Origin: Basidiobolus ranarum
Lineage: Eukaryota
Assembly (NCBI GenBank): GCA_040143965.1
Contig: JASJQH010006930.1
Span: 1 to 37,087, forward strand
Direction of reading: 5' to 3'
DNA: 37,087 nt
Below are positions 35,401 through 37,087 of this stretch, in pieces (the first letter of the stretch is position 1; each line of letters starts with the position of its first letter). The notes below the pieces were generated by a model. The model saw nothing but the letters and a program-made list of their open reading frames with translations. It had not been told where the DNA came from and ran no database searches. The translations under genes and the position numbers were made by a program.

Positions 35401-36102
35401 GTGAAGATATTCGAAATTGCCCTAGGTTTCAGTAGCTACTGTTGTTATAAGTAAATGAAATTCCAACTGGTCAGGTTGATGATTTTCGGCGTTCTTACCA
35501 TAAATCTATTGTTGATGTATGATTTAGGAATGAACAAGTTAATGACCAGACTAACTGTTGGCGTTTTACGAACAATATTTGTAAATTTGAAACTGCCCAA
35601 ATAACCGACCAGTCATTCTAAATACAGTTACCATGGGTGATTATCGGTAGAATCTGGCCATTCTTTGATAATGGTAGTTAGTAATATTGGTATTAAATTG
35701 AATCATTGATTTCATAATAATCCCATTATTTTGCTCACTTTTTTTTTAACATTATCAGTTAGATTGGTTTCACTCCATTATATCCAGACCAGCGTAGATG
35801 GTAACTATTTTTATAAAAGTCATAAGGTCCAACTGGCATTGTTGTTAAAATGTTTCAGGTAGATGGCTCAGACTTTTCCACCACTCACATATCTATTATG
35901 AAAAACTCACATAGGTAAGTATTATGTCTATTTCTTTAACAGTTGGTAGCATATGTGGAGATCAATAGTAATATGTGAAGACCATAAACTTTTTGTGAGA
36001 AAATCTACTTTTGAGGTATTAACAAAGAAAGGTAGATGGGAAAATTCACTTGGTATCAAGTAATTAAAATACTCTTACTGCCTTGAGTGCATCTTTGTTT
36101 AA

Positions 36103-36328
36103 TGTTATGGTTACTATGAATAGCTTTAATGAAGTATTCTGAGAGCTGGTTGGAAGTGGTTTGGAGAACTAAAAGATAAACCTTCCTTAACACATTCTAC
36201 ATGTTGGTTTGCTTACATCTTAACTAAACTATAAACATCAACTCTCTACTCAATAAATCAATCAGTGAAAACCACCAATTCCTCTAATTCTCCAAGCCAC
36301 TTCCAATAGGCTCTCAAATACTTTAACA
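36103..36328 (+). mobile_element. 5' LTR of a Ty1/Copia element (left boundary approximate)
   Basis: TGTTA (36103)...TAACA (36328), immediately followed by the primer-binding site GGTTATGAGCCC. Homologous to 1283-1423. Confidence 0.75.
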
Positions 36329-37087
36329 GGTTATGAGCCCCAAGCTTGCACTCTGTGTAATGTCTACTTCTCAAATTTATGGACCTTTTTAGAGCTAAAA
36401 CTGCCAAGAAGGTTTGGAAAGCCTTGGAAGACACCTACCAATAAAGCTTTGTTGCCAAAAAGATATTTCTAAGAAGACAATTCTTAAATCAGAGATGAAG
36501 CCAGGAGACAACATTAAATCACTAATTAATAGAGTCACTATTTTAGTGGTTGAAATGGAATGCATTGAAGTACCTACCATTGATCAAGATAACATAGTCA
36601 CAGTCCTGAATAGCCTGCCACACAAGTTTCAGAGCCTAGTAATGGCTTTAGAATCAAGAACTGGAAATTTGACCTTAAATTATGTATTTAGCAGACATCT
36701 GGATGAAGATTTATGCAAATTGGGATCCCACCAAAAGAATGAAGAAAATGCTTTAATAGGCTATGGGAAACCTTCCTATGAAGGTCAAAAGCACTTTAGG
36801 AAGAAAAGTAACAGATTCTGTGATTACTGTACCAGAACTGGCTATTTAAGCAAAGATTGCTTTAAAAGAATTGCTACAGAAGAAAAACATACTGAATTTG
36901 GAAAGGTGATTACAACAGAAGATCACTTGTTCATATCTGCTCTATATATGACCATCAACAAGGATTCTCAGATGTGGTATATTGATTCTGGAGCTTCCCA
37001 ACATTTCACAAATGAAAAACATTGGTTTGTGGAATATGAAGAAATCCCAATTAGAAAGGTTTTCATGGGAGATGACCACACATTGGA
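36329..37087 (+). mobile_element. Degenerate Ty1/Copia gag-pol (PBS, gag, zinc knuckle, protease); continues beyond the window
   Basis: PBS at 36329-36340. TAKKVWKALEDTYQ* carries a premature stop and is followed by a frameshift. The frame is open from 36495 to the end, with VLNSLPHKFQSLVMALE (Copia gag), CDYCTRTGYLSKDC (CCHC knuckle with H>Y) and the protease motif WYIDSGASQH. Confidence 0.93.

Noticed and set aside
32472..35790. Hidden gene in the 3.3-kb region, including the Thr-rich 34025-34273 (+) and Gly/His/Tyr-rich 34073-34279 (-) ORFs
   Set aside because: The ORFs derive from an ACCATR low-complexity repeat, and I could not assemble a coherent exon chain or domain. RNA-seq is needed to exclude a transcript.

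Overview
Eukaryotic, intron-rich, AT-rich fungal DNA. The combination of fungal-type regulators (Zn2Cys6, velvet) with a cobalamin-trafficking MMADHC/CblD gene suggests an early-diverging (non-Dikarya) fungus; this is an inference. A ~34 kb gene island sits between two stretches of decayed Ty1/Copia LTR-retrotransposon DNA in which I found no CpG (about 1-1795 and 35795-37087). Genes in order: old yellow enzyme (+), full-length ABCB/MDR transporter (-), RPL19 (+), TFIIE-beta/TFA2 (-), coatomer beta'/SEC27 (+), orphan 2-TM protein (-), Zn2Cys6 factor (+), SreA-like twin-finger GATA factor (+), MMADHC/CblD (-), secreted S9 dipeptidyl-peptidase V (+) and a VosA-like velvet protein (+). Best leads: (1) an SreA-like iron sensor with an extra His/Cys-rich segment, next to a B12 chaperone gene; (2) an OYE+ABCB pair whose promoters share CGG-type motifs; (3) a Copia LTR with long inverted arms, with related copies at both ends of the island. 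None of these is shown to be a new system by sequence alone. Exon boundaries were read by eye.
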